Positions 18,593 through 28,611 of a stretch of DNA of 64,000 nucleotides are shown here, piece by piece (within the stretch, counting starts at the first letter, position 1; every line of letters begins with the position of its first letter). Made by a program: the position numbers and the translations under genes. The DNA is from an uncultured Gemmatimonadales bacterium (GTDB lineage: Bacteria > Gemmatimonadota > Gemmatimonadetes > Longimicrobiales > RSA9), in assembly GCA_963816355.1 (NCBI GenBank), contig CAWFKH010000005.1, forward strand, positions 160,001 through 224,000. The letters are read 5' to 3'. The notes below the pieces were generated by a model that worked only from the letters and a program-made list of their open reading frames with translations, made no database searches and was not told where the DNA came from.

Positions 18593-21500
18593 CTACTCGA
18601 TCCCGCCGTCCGGCACGTACACCGGCGCGATGCCGCTCTCGCGCATCAGCGCGTTGAGCGCGGCCACGTCGCGTTCGCGCAGCGCTCGCCACTCGGCGAG
18701 GCGCGCGTCCAGCTCGCCGCGCAGCTTGCGGTAGACCGCCACGTGCTGCCGCGTGGGCGCGTCGGCCGAGCCGCCGACGGAACGGCCGAGGCTGGCCAGG
18801 CGCGCGTTGAGCTGGATCGGATAGTTCATGAACAGCCACTTCGCCGCCTTCGCGCGATACTGGAAGAACTTCACCGCCAGCGAGTCGGCGCGCAGGTCGA
18901 GAAGGCGCGCGGCGACCACGACGGCCGCTTTCGTGGAGTCCTCGCCGAGCCGACCCACGATCCCCTCGAGTTGCTGACGCAGCCCCGCGATCGCGTTGAA
19001 CGCGAGGTGGTCCTCCGTCTCCGCGCGCTCGATCTTCCGCATCAGGTCGAGCTGCGCCGCCAGCTCCGCCGCCGTGGCCGTGATGCGCGGATCGAGCGTC
19101 ACGGCCAACGGTCTCGTGTACGTCCTTCCGTCCGCCGTCAGCCGCACGGCGTAGCGGCCCGGCACCACGGTGGGCGTCATCGGACTGCCCGCTTCAAAGA
19201 TCGGGCCTCCCGGCACGCGCAGCGGCGGCGGCGGCGCGTAGCCGAGGTCCCAGACGACGCGGTTGAGGCCCGCGCGCGCGGGGATCGTGGGGCCGCCGTC
19301 GTCGTCTTGCCCGCTGCCGAAGCGGCGCACGACGTCGCCGTCGGCGTCCACCACCTCGAGCGTCACGTCCCCGGCCGGCACATCCTTCAGGTAGTAGTCG
19401 ATCGTGGCGCCGGCGGGCGCGTTGGCGCCGGACGTCGGCCCCGCCTCGCGGCGGCCGCCGCCGAGCGGAGAGCGCACGGCGTCGGCGGGCGCGAAGAGGT
19501 AGGCGGCGGAGTCGGCGAGCGCCGTCGTCGCCTGGCGCAGCGGTCCGGCGCCGTCGAGGATCCAGAAGCCGCGCCCGTGCGTGGCGAGCACGAGGTCGCC
19601 GCCGTGGAAGGCGAGGTCGCGCATCGACGTGGGCGGCAGGTTCAGTTGGAGCGATTGCCAGTGGGAACCGTCGTCGAAGGAGACGTAGACGCCGGAATCG
19701 GTGCCGGCGTAGAGCAGGCCCTGGCGCAGCGGATCGGCGCGCACGAAGTAGACGGAGCCGTGGAGGCCGGCCGCGATCGGAGTCCAGGTGGCGCCGTAGT
19801 CGTGGGTGCGGAAGACGTAGGGGGCGTCGTCGCCGCTCATGTGTGCGTTGACGGCGGCGTACGCGGTGGCGGCGTCGCGCCTCGATGCGTCGATCAGCTC
19901 GACGTGCGCCCACGCGGGCAGCGCCTTCGGCGTGACATCGCTCCAGTGCGCGCCGCCGTCGCGCGTGAGCTGGATCAACCCGTCGTCGGTGCCGACCCAG
20001 ATCTGGCCGGCGGCCGCCGGCGAGGGCGCGATGCTGTAGACCACGTCGTAGTATTCGGCGCCCACGTTGTCGAGCGTGATCGGACCGCCGGAGAGGCGCT
20101 GCCTGGTGGAGTCGTTCCGGGTGAGGTCGGGGCTGATCTCGCTCCAGCTGCGGCCGCCATCGGTGCTCTTCAGCAGGTACTGGGCGCCGGAGTAGAGGGT
20201 GTACGGCTCGTGGGGGTCGAAGGCGAGCGGGGAGGTCCAGCTGAAACGGTACTTCACGGCGGAGGCGGGCTGGCCCTCGGTGTTCTCCGGCCACGGCGTG
20301 ACGTCCTGCGCCTCGCCGCTCGCGCGGCTCCAGCGCGTCAGCTCGCCGAAGTAGGAGCCGGCGAAGACGGTGTCCGGCGCGCCGGGCACCGGCAGCACGT
20401 AGCCGCTCTCGCCCCCCGCTACGTCGTACCAGTCCTGCTCCGTGATGGCGCCGCCGGTCGTGGCGCTCGCGATCGAATAGGTGCCGCGGTCCTGCTGCGC
20501 GCCGTAGACGCGGTAGGGGACCTGGTCGTCGGTGGCGACGTGGTAGATCTGCGCCGTCGGCTGGTTCGACTCGGTGCTCCAGTGCGCGCCGCCGTCGAGC
20601 GAAACCGTGGCGCCGCCGTCGTTGCCCTCGATCATGCGCTCGGGCGCCGTCGGATCGATCCAGAGCGCGTGGTTGTCGACGTGCGGCGGATCGAGCCGGG
20701 AGATCGTCGCGCCGCCGTCGCTCGATCGCCACATGTGGAAGTTGAGCAGGTAGACGGTGTCCGGATCCCGCGGGTCCGCCTTCACCTGGAAGTAGTACCA
20801 GGGGCGCTGGCGGATGCGCTGATCGTCGTTGACCCGCGTCCACGCGTCGCCGCCATCGTCGGAGCGGTAGAGGCCGCCGTCCTCGGCGTTGATGAGCGCG
20901 TAGACGCGGCGTCCGCCCGGCGCGACCGACACGGCGGTGCGGCCCCACACGCCGCCGGGCAGCCCGCCCCCCTCCAGCCTCCGCCACGTGGCGCCGCCGT
21001 CCGACGAGCGGTAGAGGCCGCTGCCCGGGCCGCCGTCCACCAGCGACCACGGCGTGCGCCGCACCTGCCACATCGCCGCGTACACCACGCGCGGATTCGC
21101 CGGGTCGGCGGCGAGGTCGATGGCGCCGGTGCGGTCGTCGACGAAGAGCGTCCTGCGCCACGTCGCGCCGCCGTCGCTCGAGCGGTAGACGCCGCGCGCG
21201 GAGTCCGACGCGAAGACGTCGCCCAGCGCCGCGACGAGGAGCACGTCCGGGTCGCGCGGGTCGACGACGATGCGGCCGATCTGCCGCGAGCGTGCGAGGC
21301 CCGCGTGGGTCCACGTGCGGCCGCCGTCGGCCGAGCGGTAGACGCCGTCGCCGGAGGCGAGGTCGGTGCGCGGGTCCGGCTCGCCGGTGCCGGCGTAGAG
21401 GACGTTGGCGTCCGAGGGCGCGATGGCGAGCGCGCCGATCGTCTGCACGTCCGGGCCGCTCCAGCTCGGCCGCCACGTCTGGCCCGCGTCGACGCTCTTC

Positions 21501-21721
21501 CAGACGCCCCCGTTCACGGCGCCGAAGTAGAACGTCGTGGCGTTGCCCGGGACGCCGGCGACGGCCTCGACACGGCCGCCCTGGAACGGGCCAATGTTGC
21601 GCCAGCGGAGCCCGTCGTAGAGGGAAGCGGGGACGCGCTGCGCGCGGGCGGCGGACGGACGGATCCCCGCCGCCGCGACCAGTGCGGCCGCGACAACGAC
21701 GGCTGAACGGGAAGGCTTCAT
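18593..21721 (-). CDS. Secreted BNR/VPS10 (Asp-box) beta-propeller glycosyl hydrolase-like protein
   Basis: Signal peptide from ATG 21721, WRNIGPFQGGR, many SxDGGxTW repeats, LVLATHGRGFWILD. Confidence 0.92.
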   Translation of the reverse strand: MKPSRSAVVVAAALVAAAGIRPSAARAQRVPASLYDGLRWRNIGPFQGGRVEAVAGVPGNATTFYFGAVNGGVWKSVDAGQTWRPSWSGPDVQTIGALAIAPSDANVLYAGTGEPDPRTDLASGDGVYRSADGGRTWTHAGLARSRQIGRIVVDPRDPDVLLVAALGDVFASDSARGVYRSSDGGATWRRTLFVDDRTGAIDLAADPANPRVVYAAMWQVRRTPWSLVDGGPGSGLYRSSDGGATWRRLEGGGLPGGVWGRTAVSVAPGGRRVYALINAEDGGLYRSDDGGDAWTRVNDDQRIRQRPWYYFQVKADPRDPDTVYLLNFHMWRSSDGGATISRLDPPHVDNHALWIDPTAPERMIEGNDGGATVSLDGGAHWSTESNQPTAQIYHVATDDQVPYRVYGAQQDRGTYSIASATTGGAITEQDWYDVAGGESGYVLPVPGAPDTVFAGSYFGELTRWSRASGEAQDVTPWPENTEGQPASAVKYRFSWTSPLAFDPHEPYTLYSGAQYLLKSTDGGRSWSEISPDLTRNDSTRQRLSGGPITLDNVGAEYYDVVYSIAPSPAAAGQIWVGTDDGLIQLTRDGGAHWSDVTPKALPAWAHVELIDASRRDAATAYAAVNAHMSGDDAPYVFRTHDYGATWTPIAAGLHGSVYFVRADPLRQGLLYAGTDSGVYVSFDDGSHWQSLQLNLPPTSMRDLAFHGGDLVLATHGRGFWILDGAGPLRQATTALADSAAYLFAPADAVRSPLGGGRREAGPTSGANAPAGATIDYYLKDVPAGDVTLEVVDADGDVVRRFGSGQDDDGGPTIPARAGLNRVVWDLGYAPPPPLRVPGGPIFEAGSPMTPTVVPGRYAVRLTADGRTYTRPLAVTLDPRITATAAELAAQLDLMRKIERAETEDHLAFNAIAGLRQQLEGIVGRLGEDSTKAAVVVAARLLDLRADSLAVKFFQYRAKAAKWLFMNYPIQLNARLASLGRSVGGSADAPTRQHVAVYRKLRGELDARLAEWRALRERDVAALNALMRESGIAPVYVPDGGIE

Positions 21722-21791
21722 CTTGCGCTCCGGCTGCGGGCGAGAGGTCGGATGTTGGTCGCGGACGTCGTCCGCGTCTACATTGGCCGCC

Positions 21792-23132
21792 GTGCCAACG
21801 GAGAACGAGGGCGGAGCATCGCTCGGCTTCTGGTCCGCCGCGGCGATCGGCGTCGGCGGCATGGTGGGCGGCGGCATCTTCGCCGTCCTCGGGCTCGCCG
21901 TGCAGCTCGCGCGTGGCGGCACGCCGGTGGCGTTCGCGCTCGCGGGCTTCGTCGCGCTCGCGGCCGCCTACAGCTACGCCCGGCTCGCCGTCGCCTTCCC
22001 CAGCCAGGGCGGCAGCGTCGCCTTCCTCAACCGCGCCTTCGGCGCCGGCATCCTCACCGGGACGCTGAACGTGCTGCTGTGGATCAGCTACGCGGTGATG
22101 CTCGCGCTGTACGCGTACGCGTTCGGCAGCTACGGCGCGAGCTTCTTCTCCGCCGCCGCGCAGCCGCTCGCGAAGCACGTCCTGATCACCGGCGTGGTCC
22201 TGGTATTGTCGGCGCTGAACGCCGCCGGCGCCAGCAGGGTGGGCGAGGCGGAGAACGCGATCGTGGCGGTGAAGCTCGTCATCCTGGCGTTCTTCGTCGC
22301 GGTCGGGCTCGGCGGCGTGTCGTGGCCGCGCGTCGCGCCGGCGCAGTGGGCGGGGCCAGTCGAGCTGGCGGCGGGCGGCATGATCATCTTCCTCGCCTAC
22401 GAGGGCTTCGAGCTGATCGCGAACACCGCTGAAGACCTGCGCTCGCCGCAGACGACGCTGCCGCGCGCCCTCTTCGCCTCGGTCGCGTTCGTCGCCCTGC
22501 TCTACGTCCTGGTGTCGCTCGTCGCCGTGGGCAGCCTGGCGCCCGAGCGGGTCACGGCCGCGAAGGACTACGCGCTGGCGGAGGCGGCGCGGCCGCGGCT
22601 CGGGCAGACCGGCTTCACGCTGATCGCCGCGGCCGCGCTGCTGTCGACCGCGTCCGCCATCAACGCGACGCTGTACGGCGCGAGCCGCGTCAGCTACATC
22701 ATCGCGAAGGAGGGTGAGCTGCCGGCCGTTTTCGAGCGGCGCGTGTGGAGCCAGCCGGTCGAGGGGCTCGTGCTCACGGCGATCGTGACCGTCGCCGTCG
22801 CCAACCTGTTCGACCTCTCCAGCATCTCGACGATGGGCAGCGCCGGGTTCCTGCTCATCTTCGCGGCCGTCTGCGCCGCCGGCTGGAAGCTGCACGCGGA
22901 GGCGAACGCGAGTCGCGCGGCGTGCGCGGGCGGCGCCGCGCTGTGCCTGCTCGCGCTCGCCGCGCTCGTGTGGCACGTGGCGACGACGGCGCCCGCACGG
23001 CTCTGGGTGCTCGCCGCGATGCTCGGCCTCGCCGCCGCCATCGAGACCGCCTACCGCGCCGCGACCGGACGGAGCCTTCACGTCCGGATCGGGCAGGCTG
23101 CGGCCGCGGACGGCGACGAGCCCGGCACCTGA
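21792..23132 (+). CDS. APC-family amino acid permease
   Basis: IGVGGMVGGGIF, FLAYEGFELIAN, about 12 hydrophobic segments. GTG 21792 lies 7 nt after TACATT. Confidence 0.9.
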   Translation: MPTENEGGASLGFWSAAAIGVGGMVGGGIFAVLGLAVQLARGGTPVAFALAGFVALAAAYSYARLAVAFPSQGGSVAFLNRAFGAGILTGTLNVLLWISYAVMLALYAYAFGSYGASFFSAAAQPLAKHVLITGVVLVLSALNAAGASRVGEAENAIVAVKLVILAFFVAVGLGGVSWPRVAPAQWAGPVELAAGGMIIFLAYEGFELIANTAEDLRSPQTTLPRALFASVAFVALLYVLVSLVAVGSLAPERVTAAKDYALAEAARPRLGQTGFTLIAAAALLSTASAINATLYGASRVSYIIAKEGELPAVFERRVWSQPVEGLVLTAIVTVAVANLFDLSSISTMGSAGFLLIFAAVCAAGWKLHAEANASRAACAGGAALCLLALAALVWHVATTAPARLWVLAAMLGLAAAIETAYRAATGRSLHVRIGQAAAADGDEPGT

Positions 23133-23148
23133 ACGAAAGGAGCGGAGG

Positions 23149-24150
23149 ATGAGACGGTCGCGAGGTGGGCTCGTGGTGATCGCGCTTCTCGCCGCCGCGT
23201 GCTCCGGCAGGCAGGAGCCGGCGGGCGGCGGGGCGGAGGTCGGGGACGGGATCGCGGACGGGGTCGCGGACGGGATCGCGGACGCGGCGAGCGGTTCGGC
23301 GGGCTCGGACGCGGCGCCGGGCCTCTGGGCGGTGTACGCGCGGTCGCTGAAGGGCGCGAAGTACATCGACCTCACGCACAAGCTGACGCCGTCGATCCCG
23401 GTGTGGCGGGGGTTCGGCCCGGCGAAGTTCGGTCCCACCGTGGATCCGGCGACCGGCAAGCCGTACACGTACGCGAAGGACGGCTTCGAGGCGACGCGCT
23501 ACGAGCTGAGCACGGACCAGTACGGCACGCAACTCGATCCGCCGGCGCACTGGGCGCCGGAGTACCCGTCGATCGACGAGCTGCCGCCCACGTTCGCGGT
23601 GCGGCCGCTGGTCGTGATCTCGATCCTCGACCAGCTCGCGACCGCCCCCGGATACCACCTCCAGGTCGCCGACATCGAGAAGTGGGAGGCGGAGCACGGC
23701 CGCATCCCGGAGGGTTCCGTGGTCATGGTCCGCTCCGACTGGTCGAAGGCGTGGCCGGAGGCGTCGCTGTCGACGCGGAGGATCTTCCCCGGCGTCTCCC
23801 TCGCCGCGCTCCGCTTCCTCCACGAGCAGCGCCACATCCTCTTCCACGGCCACGAGCCGCTCGACACCGACACCACGCCGACGCTCGAGGGCGAGCACTG
23901 GCTGATGCATCACGGCTACGCGCAGGCGGAGGGCGTGGCGCACCTGGACCGGGTGCCGCCCACCGGCTGCCTGGTGACGATCGGGTACCCCGAGTTGCAG
24001 GGCGGCACGGGCGGCTACGCCCGCTACGTCGCCATCTGTCCGCCCGACTGGAAGTACGGCGTGGCCGTGGGCGACGTGCCGGAGGCACCCTTGGCGCGCA
24101 GCGACCATCCGCTGCACTGGGACAGTGCGCGGGGAATGCGGGTGCGATGA
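23149..24150 (+). CDS. Cyclase / kynurenine-formamidase family lipoprotein
   Basis: Lipobox LAAAC; IDLTH, DQYGTQLDPPAHW, GHEPLDTD, GGTGGYARYVA. Confidence 0.88.
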   Translation: MRRSRGGLVVIALLAAACSGRQEPAGGGAEVGDGIADGVADGIADAASGSAGSDAAPGLWAVYARSLKGAKYIDLTHKLTPSIPVWRGFGPAKFGPTVDPATGKPYTYAKDGFEATRYELSTDQYGTQLDPPAHWAPEYPSIDELPPTFAVRPLVVISILDQLATAPGYHLQVADIEKWEAEHGRIPEGSVVMVRSDWSKAWPEASLSTRRIFPGVSLAALRFLHEQRHILFHGHEPLDTDTTPTLEGEHWLMHHGYAQAEGVAHLDRVPPTGCLVTIGYPELQGGTGGYARYVAICPPDWKYGVAVGDVPEAPLARSDHPLHWDSARGMRVR

Positions 24151-24259
24151 GACGTGCCGGCCGGCGCCCGCGCCGAGCCCGCCGCCTTGCCGCGGGACCG
24201 CGCGGGATCGAGATTAGCCGACGTCGCGGTCCGGTGTCTTATCTTTCTGGAGGAATTCC

Positions 24260-24541
24260 ATGCCGAGGTATCTAATCGAGCGCAACATTCCAGGGGCGGG
24301 CCAGCTCTCACCGGAGGAGCTGCAGGGGATCTCGCAGACGTCCTGCTCGGTGCTGATGAACCTGGGCCCGCAGATCCAGTGGGTACACAGCTACGTCACG
24401 GGCGACAAGATCACCTGCGTCTACATCGCGCCGAACGAGGAGATCGTCCGTGAGCACGCGCGCCAGGGCGGCTTCCCGGCGGACGCCGTGCTCGAGGTGA
24501 AGACGATCATCGATCCGACGACGGCGGAGACGCCGGCCTGA
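24260..24541 (+). CDS. DUF4242-family small protein
   Basis: MPRYLIERNIPGAG...WVHSYVTGDKITCVYIAPNEE...HARQGGFPAD; GGAGG SD. Confidence 0.88.
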   Translation: MPRYLIERNIPGAGQLSPEELQGISQTSCSVLMNLGPQIQWVHSYVTGDKITCVYIAPNEEIVREHARQGGFPADAVLEVKTIIDPTTAETPA

Positions 24542-24700
24542 GCCGGGTGGCGTCGCCCCCCGCCCGCCACGGTGCTGCGGTGGCGCGTAAGTCTTTGGGC
24601 ACTTGCGCGTAAGTTTTTAGACAGATTTTCGACGAGTCTCTGGACGGGCGGAAGCGCACCATCCGCCCCGCGCTCGGCCGCGGGCTGTCCTCTGGGCGCC

Positions 24701-26446
24701 TCAGGTGATCGGCTCACCGGCTGTGGTGTGGCCGCGCCCGCGCGAGCGTTGCCGTTCGGCGTGCCGCTCGGCTTCGGCAATGCGCCATGCTGCGACGGGC
24801 CACGCGGCCCCCGCGTTTGCGGCCCTGCTCATTGCGCGGAGGATGAGCGACCAAGGGTTTTCGTCGTAGTTCGCCGCGATGACGGCGAGCTGCATCTTGT
24901 CCGCCAAACGGGTCTGCTGGTCGCGGTGTTCCGCGCGCTGAGACAGCCAGTGATCGACGAAGGCGGTGCCGATCAAGCCGCCTAAGACGGCGCCCGGGAT
25001 GCCAGCCCATGACCAGCCGACGCTTCCTGCCAGGCCGAGCGCGAGCAGCTGAAGGACAAGGTACCACAGAATCCGCGAGCGCTCGAGCTCCCGAGCCATG
25101 CGATCGCGCTTCTCCACCGACCACTTGACGTCGGCCTGCCTGGCATAGTCGCGATCCCTCGGCCGAGCGGCCGAGGCCCGGACGAACCTCCACCTTTCCC
25201 CTCTCGTGCCGCGGCCGAACCCAACCGGCAACAGGTCCTGCAGGAACGCACCCGTCTCCGCCACGAGCAGCGCGTGAACGATCCTGCGAGAGAGAAGGTC
25301 GGACTCGATCGGTGGGCAGCCGTCCATCCGGTACGCGAACTCACTCAGGGTATCCGCGCTCGGACCTGCGGCGACGGCGTAGCTGTAAGGATCGATCCCC
25401 CGACAGCCGAGTTCCAGGAGTCGTGCCTCGATCCTGTCTGCGTCGTTCGCCTTCTCCGCTTCACCCGGCTCGGCATCCTCATGTGACACACTCCCTGCCT
25501 CACGGAACTCATTCGTAGCGTCACGCGTCAGTGTGGGCCGCAAGCGGAACGACTGCATCTTTTCGACGAACGCGCCGAATGCACGTGAGCGCCTTTCGTC
25601 GCTCCATCGCTCGGCCAGCGCCCTCTGTGCAAATACCGGCACCGCCTCAATGAGCGCCCGATGTTCGTCCGAATCCACCCAGTTTCGCACGTCCGGCAGG
25701 AGCGGAACGGCGCTGATGCGCGCCTGCCGCCACGCCATGCCAAGTTCCCAGTCCCATTGAAGCTGTCGGAGCCGTTGGCCATCGACAGGACTCGTATGCA
25801 GGCGCGTCGTGGACTCGAGGTGTACGACGCTCCCAAGGACACTGAACATGCCTGACCATTCGCCGCACCCCTCGGCCGCCTCCACACTCCGCAGGAGAGC
25901 GTCAAAGACCTCAGGGGCGAGCCCGAGGCACAGGCGCACTAGGCTGTCCGCATCGAACGTCCACGCGTCGCTCGTGTCGTTCATGATCAACGACTGCGAC
26001 GCCTCCCCGGCCGCCTGCCGTGCGTCGAACGACATGTCGCTATGCTCGTATCGCTTCAGGCGTATCTCTGTCGTCTCGAAGGCGTCCAGCGGATCCGCAC
26101 CCGGCGCAATGCGAACGAACGCAATCTGTACGGGGATGTGGGCCGGATGAGCGGATAAGCCGCCGGGCCTGTACGTTGCGAGCGGGTGCCACTGCGGCAG
26201 TTGCGTGCTCCACCTGAAGCGCGGGCAGCGGAGGAGGTCTGACCAACCCCGCTCCCAGTCGATCAACGCCCGGCCGAACAGCCATGTCGGCCGAGGCAGT
26301 GCGTCGCCGCCGTTGTGCTCTGGCGACGTTTCCAGAAAGTCTACCAATCGCCGTTGGTAGGCCAGGTCGAAAAACTGAGCACGTCCTCGTAGACGCATCC
26401 GCCGTTCTGTTCCGGCGTCTTCCCGAACACGAGCCACGTCACTCAC
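24701..26446 (-). CDS. Unknown ~580-aa protein with two predicted TM helices near the C-terminus
   Basis: Long ORF (open to 26557) in lower-GC DNA. GTG 26446 is preceded by AAGGA. Hydrophobic hairpin ILWYLVLQLLALGLAGSVGWSWAGIPGAVLGGLIGTAFV. Confidence 0.72.
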   Translation of the reverse strand: MSDVARVREDAGTERRMRLRGRAQFFDLAYQRRLVDFLETSPEHNGGDALPRPTWLFGRALIDWERGWSDLLRCPRFRWSTQLPQWHPLATYRPGGLSAHPAHIPVQIAFVRIAPGADPLDAFETTEIRLKRYEHSDMSFDARQAAGEASQSLIMNDTSDAWTFDADSLVRLCLGLAPEVFDALLRSVEAAEGCGEWSGMFSVLGSVVHLESTTRLHTSPVDGQRLRQLQWDWELGMAWRQARISAVPLLPDVRNWVDSDEHRALIEAVPVFAQRALAERWSDERRSRAFGAFVEKMQSFRLRPTLTRDATNEFREAGSVSHEDAEPGEAEKANDADRIEARLLELGCRGIDPYSYAVAAGPSADTLSEFAYRMDGCPPIESDLLSRRIVHALLVAETGAFLQDLLPVGFGRGTRGERWRFVRASAARPRDRDYARQADVKWSVEKRDRMARELERSRILWYLVLQLLALGLAGSVGWSWAGIPGAVLGGLIGTAFVDHWLSQRAEHRDQQTRLADKMQLAVIAANYDENPWSLILRAMSRAANAGAAWPVAAWRIAEAERHAERQRSRGRGHTTAGEPIT

Positions 26447-26788
26447 AGGGCCATCCTTGGTCAGGGGCACAACTGGTGGAGACCGCACTATTGAGACGGT
26501 ACCGCCCACCGTCCCCGTTCCGGCGCTGATTTCAGACGTGCCGGCGGGCGAAGCCAATCCGGCGCCGTGATCCCAGTGACGACGCCCGGGTGTGTAGTCA
26601 GGCCGTCGTCGGTCAGGGACTCACCAACGCTACCGGAGAACGTCGGCAATGATGCCAGGGTGACCACGGGAACGAGGGTGAAGCTGTCCCGCTTACGTGG
26701 ACGGGTGAACACTGAGGTTTAGCCCCCTCCCCAAAGCCGCTGGAGAGGGGAGCTTCCCCCGCGCAGCGGGGGAGTAAAGTTGGGCCAC

Positions 26789-27640
26789 TCACGCCGCGAC
26801 GCCATGGCGACGTTCGAAGTTGAGCGGGGAGATCTGACCGAGCGCGGAGTGCCTGCGCCGCGGGTTGTAGAAGCCTTCGATGAAGTCGAAGACCGCCATG
26901 CGCGCCTCGGCCTGGGTCTTGAAGCGCTTCAGGTCGAGCAACTCGCATTCGAGCGTCGCGAAGAAGCTCTCGCACATCGCGTTGTCGTAGGCGTCTCCGA
27001 CCGAGCCCATCGAGGGCCGGACATCGACTTCCTTGCAGCGCAGGCCGAAGGCAATGGACGTGTATTGCGTGCCCTGATCCGAATGATGAATGACCTGCTT
27101 TGGCCGCCGCTGCCAGGTGGCCATGTTGAGCGCCTCGAGGACGAGCTCGGTGCGCAGATGCGTGGCCATGGCCCAACCGACGATCCGACGGCTCCAAGCG
27201 TCCAGGACGACCGCCAGGTAAAGGAAGCCGGCCCAGGTCGGGATGTAGGTGATGTCGGCGACCCAGAGCTGATCGGGGCCATCGGCCGTGAAGTCCCGCT
27301 CCACCAGGTCCGGAGCCGGACGCGCGTCCTTGTTGCGCTTGGTGGTCTTGGGGCCGCGCTTGCGACGACTCGCGCCCTGGATTTCCTCTTGCTTCATGAG
27401 GCGGCCTACGCGCTTCTCGCCCACCTCTTCTCCCGCCTCCTTCAGTTCCGCGAAGATCCGCGGGTGGCCGTAGACCTTCCTGTTCGCCTCGAACGCCGCC
27501 TTGATCTTCGTGACAAGCTCAGCATCTCGCTTGGCCCGCTCCGACGGGGGACGGTTCAGCCAGGCGTAGTAGCCGCTGGGGGAGAGACCCAGCACGCGGC
27601 ACATCGCCAGAATGGGGAACTCGGCCTGATTGGCGTTCAC
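26789..27640 (-). CDS. IS3 transposase OrfB (DDE integrase core)
   Basis: LWVADITY, HHSDQGTQY, YDNAMCESFFATLECE, FYNPRRRHSALG. Confidence 0.95.
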   Translation of the reverse strand: MNANQAEFPILAMCRVLGLSPSGYYAWLNRPPSERAKRDAELVTKIKAAFEANRKVYGHPRIFAELKEAGEEVGEKRVGRLMKQEEIQGASRRKRGPKTTKRNKDARPAPDLVERDFTADGPDQLWVADITYIPTWAGFLYLAVVLDAWSRRIVGWAMATHLRTELVLEALNMATWQRRPKQVIHHSDQGTQYTSIAFGLRCKEVDVRPSMGSVGDAYDNAMCESFFATLECELLDLKRFKTQAEARMAVFDFIEGFYNPRRRHSALGQISPLNFERRHGVAA

Positions 27641-27951
27641 GAATTCGAATCCCGATCCGGGATCGAGTTGCTCTCCCGAGCAAACCAGGCCGCGGCTTTT
27701 TTTAGGATGTCCCGCTCCAGCCGGAGTTGCCGGACCTCCCGCTTCAGTTGCCGCAACTCCTGCCGCTCAGCCGTCGTCAGGCCGTCGCTGCGGACCCCTT
27801 CGTCCAGGTCAGCCTGCTTAAGCCAGGTCCGGATCGCCCCCGCTGAGGGCTCAAACTCCCGGGCCACCTCCTCCGGGCTCCGCCCCGAGCGCACCAACTC
27901 GACGATCTGGCGCTTGAACTCCGGCGGGTACGCCGCATGATGTCCTGCCAT
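27637..27951 (-). CDS. IS3 transposase OrfA (HTH); -1 frameshift signal A7G at 27703-27696
   Basis: YPPEFKRQIVELVRSG...LERDILKKAAAWF. Slippery CTA AAA AAA G is followed by a hairpin (TCGATCCCGGATCGGGATTCGA). Confidence 0.93.
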   Translation of the reverse strand: MAGHHAAYPPEFKRQIVELVRSGRSPEEVAREFEPSAGAIRTWLKQADLDEGVRSDGLTTAERQELRQLKREVRQLRLERDILKKAAAWFARESNSIPDRDSNS

Positions 27952-28611
27952 TGTGGACTCCTCCTGTTGACCTCACTACTGAGGTGTCCACGAAACCGGG
28001 TCAACTCCAGGGATCGAAGCGTCCTCAGTAGGATTGGATTCTGGTGCCGTTCCGTCAACATCCGGTCATCCGCGGCAACGATCCGGCCCGGGCGGCGCGA
28101 TGGAGTGGATGTAGTCCCAGCATTCGCGCCGAACCGCGGTGCGCTACTCACATCGTGCGTGACGAAACGGCCCTGTAACCGGTGGACTGTGGAAGGGGTC
28201 CCGAAGGCTAATCTCTGGACCGCCGAAATACCGAAACGGTGCCGCACGGGAGTCTTTTGTAGGCGCCGCGCCGATCTCCGTCCGGTCCGTCATCCAGACA
28301 TCGGCTGGCGGCGCACATGAGAGCTAACGGATCGTGTCTTTGTGTCGTAGATAGGAGGGGGCCGAGAATCAAGCGGCACCGCCATCGGCATGGCGCCAAC
28401 GACTGGGAGACCTCCACGCGGGAGAACCTATCGCTATCAGCTGCCGAACAGAAACTGCCATGGCTCGGGTTGTTCGAGTTCCTTCGTACGGTCGCGGTCG
28501 CGTTTTGCCCCGGGTGAGTTGCGCCTGTCGCCGCCTTATCTCGTCGGCACACGCCTTCGAGTCGTTTCCGATCGGGGCGTCGAGGGGACGGTCATCCAGG
28601 AGCGGCGGGTA

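Larger units (their letters stand above)
26679..28009 (-). mobile_element. Intact IS3-family insertion sequence (1331 bp)
   Basis: TG...CA ends. Imperfect IRs TGAAGCTGTCCCGCTTACGTGGAC / TGGAGTTGACCCGGTTTCGTGGAC (19/24 identical). 3-bp target duplication GGG at 26676-26678 and 28010-28012. Contains orfA and orfB. Confidence 0.95.

Noticed and set aside
23245..23285. 12-bp repeats (DGIA/DGVA) in the cyclase gene
   Set aside because: An in-frame low-complexity lipoprotein linker with no further signal.
19194..23468. Very long alternative-frame ORFs (e.g. 1424 aa here, also 18743-21706, 35062-37827, 46383-48809)
   Set aside because: These are Arg/Ala/Pro-rich shadow frames typical of very high GC DNA, overlapping well-supported genes.
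26780..27940. 386-aa ORF antisense to the IS3 transposase
   Set aside because: An antisense shadow frame of the transposase genes, with no independent coding evidence.
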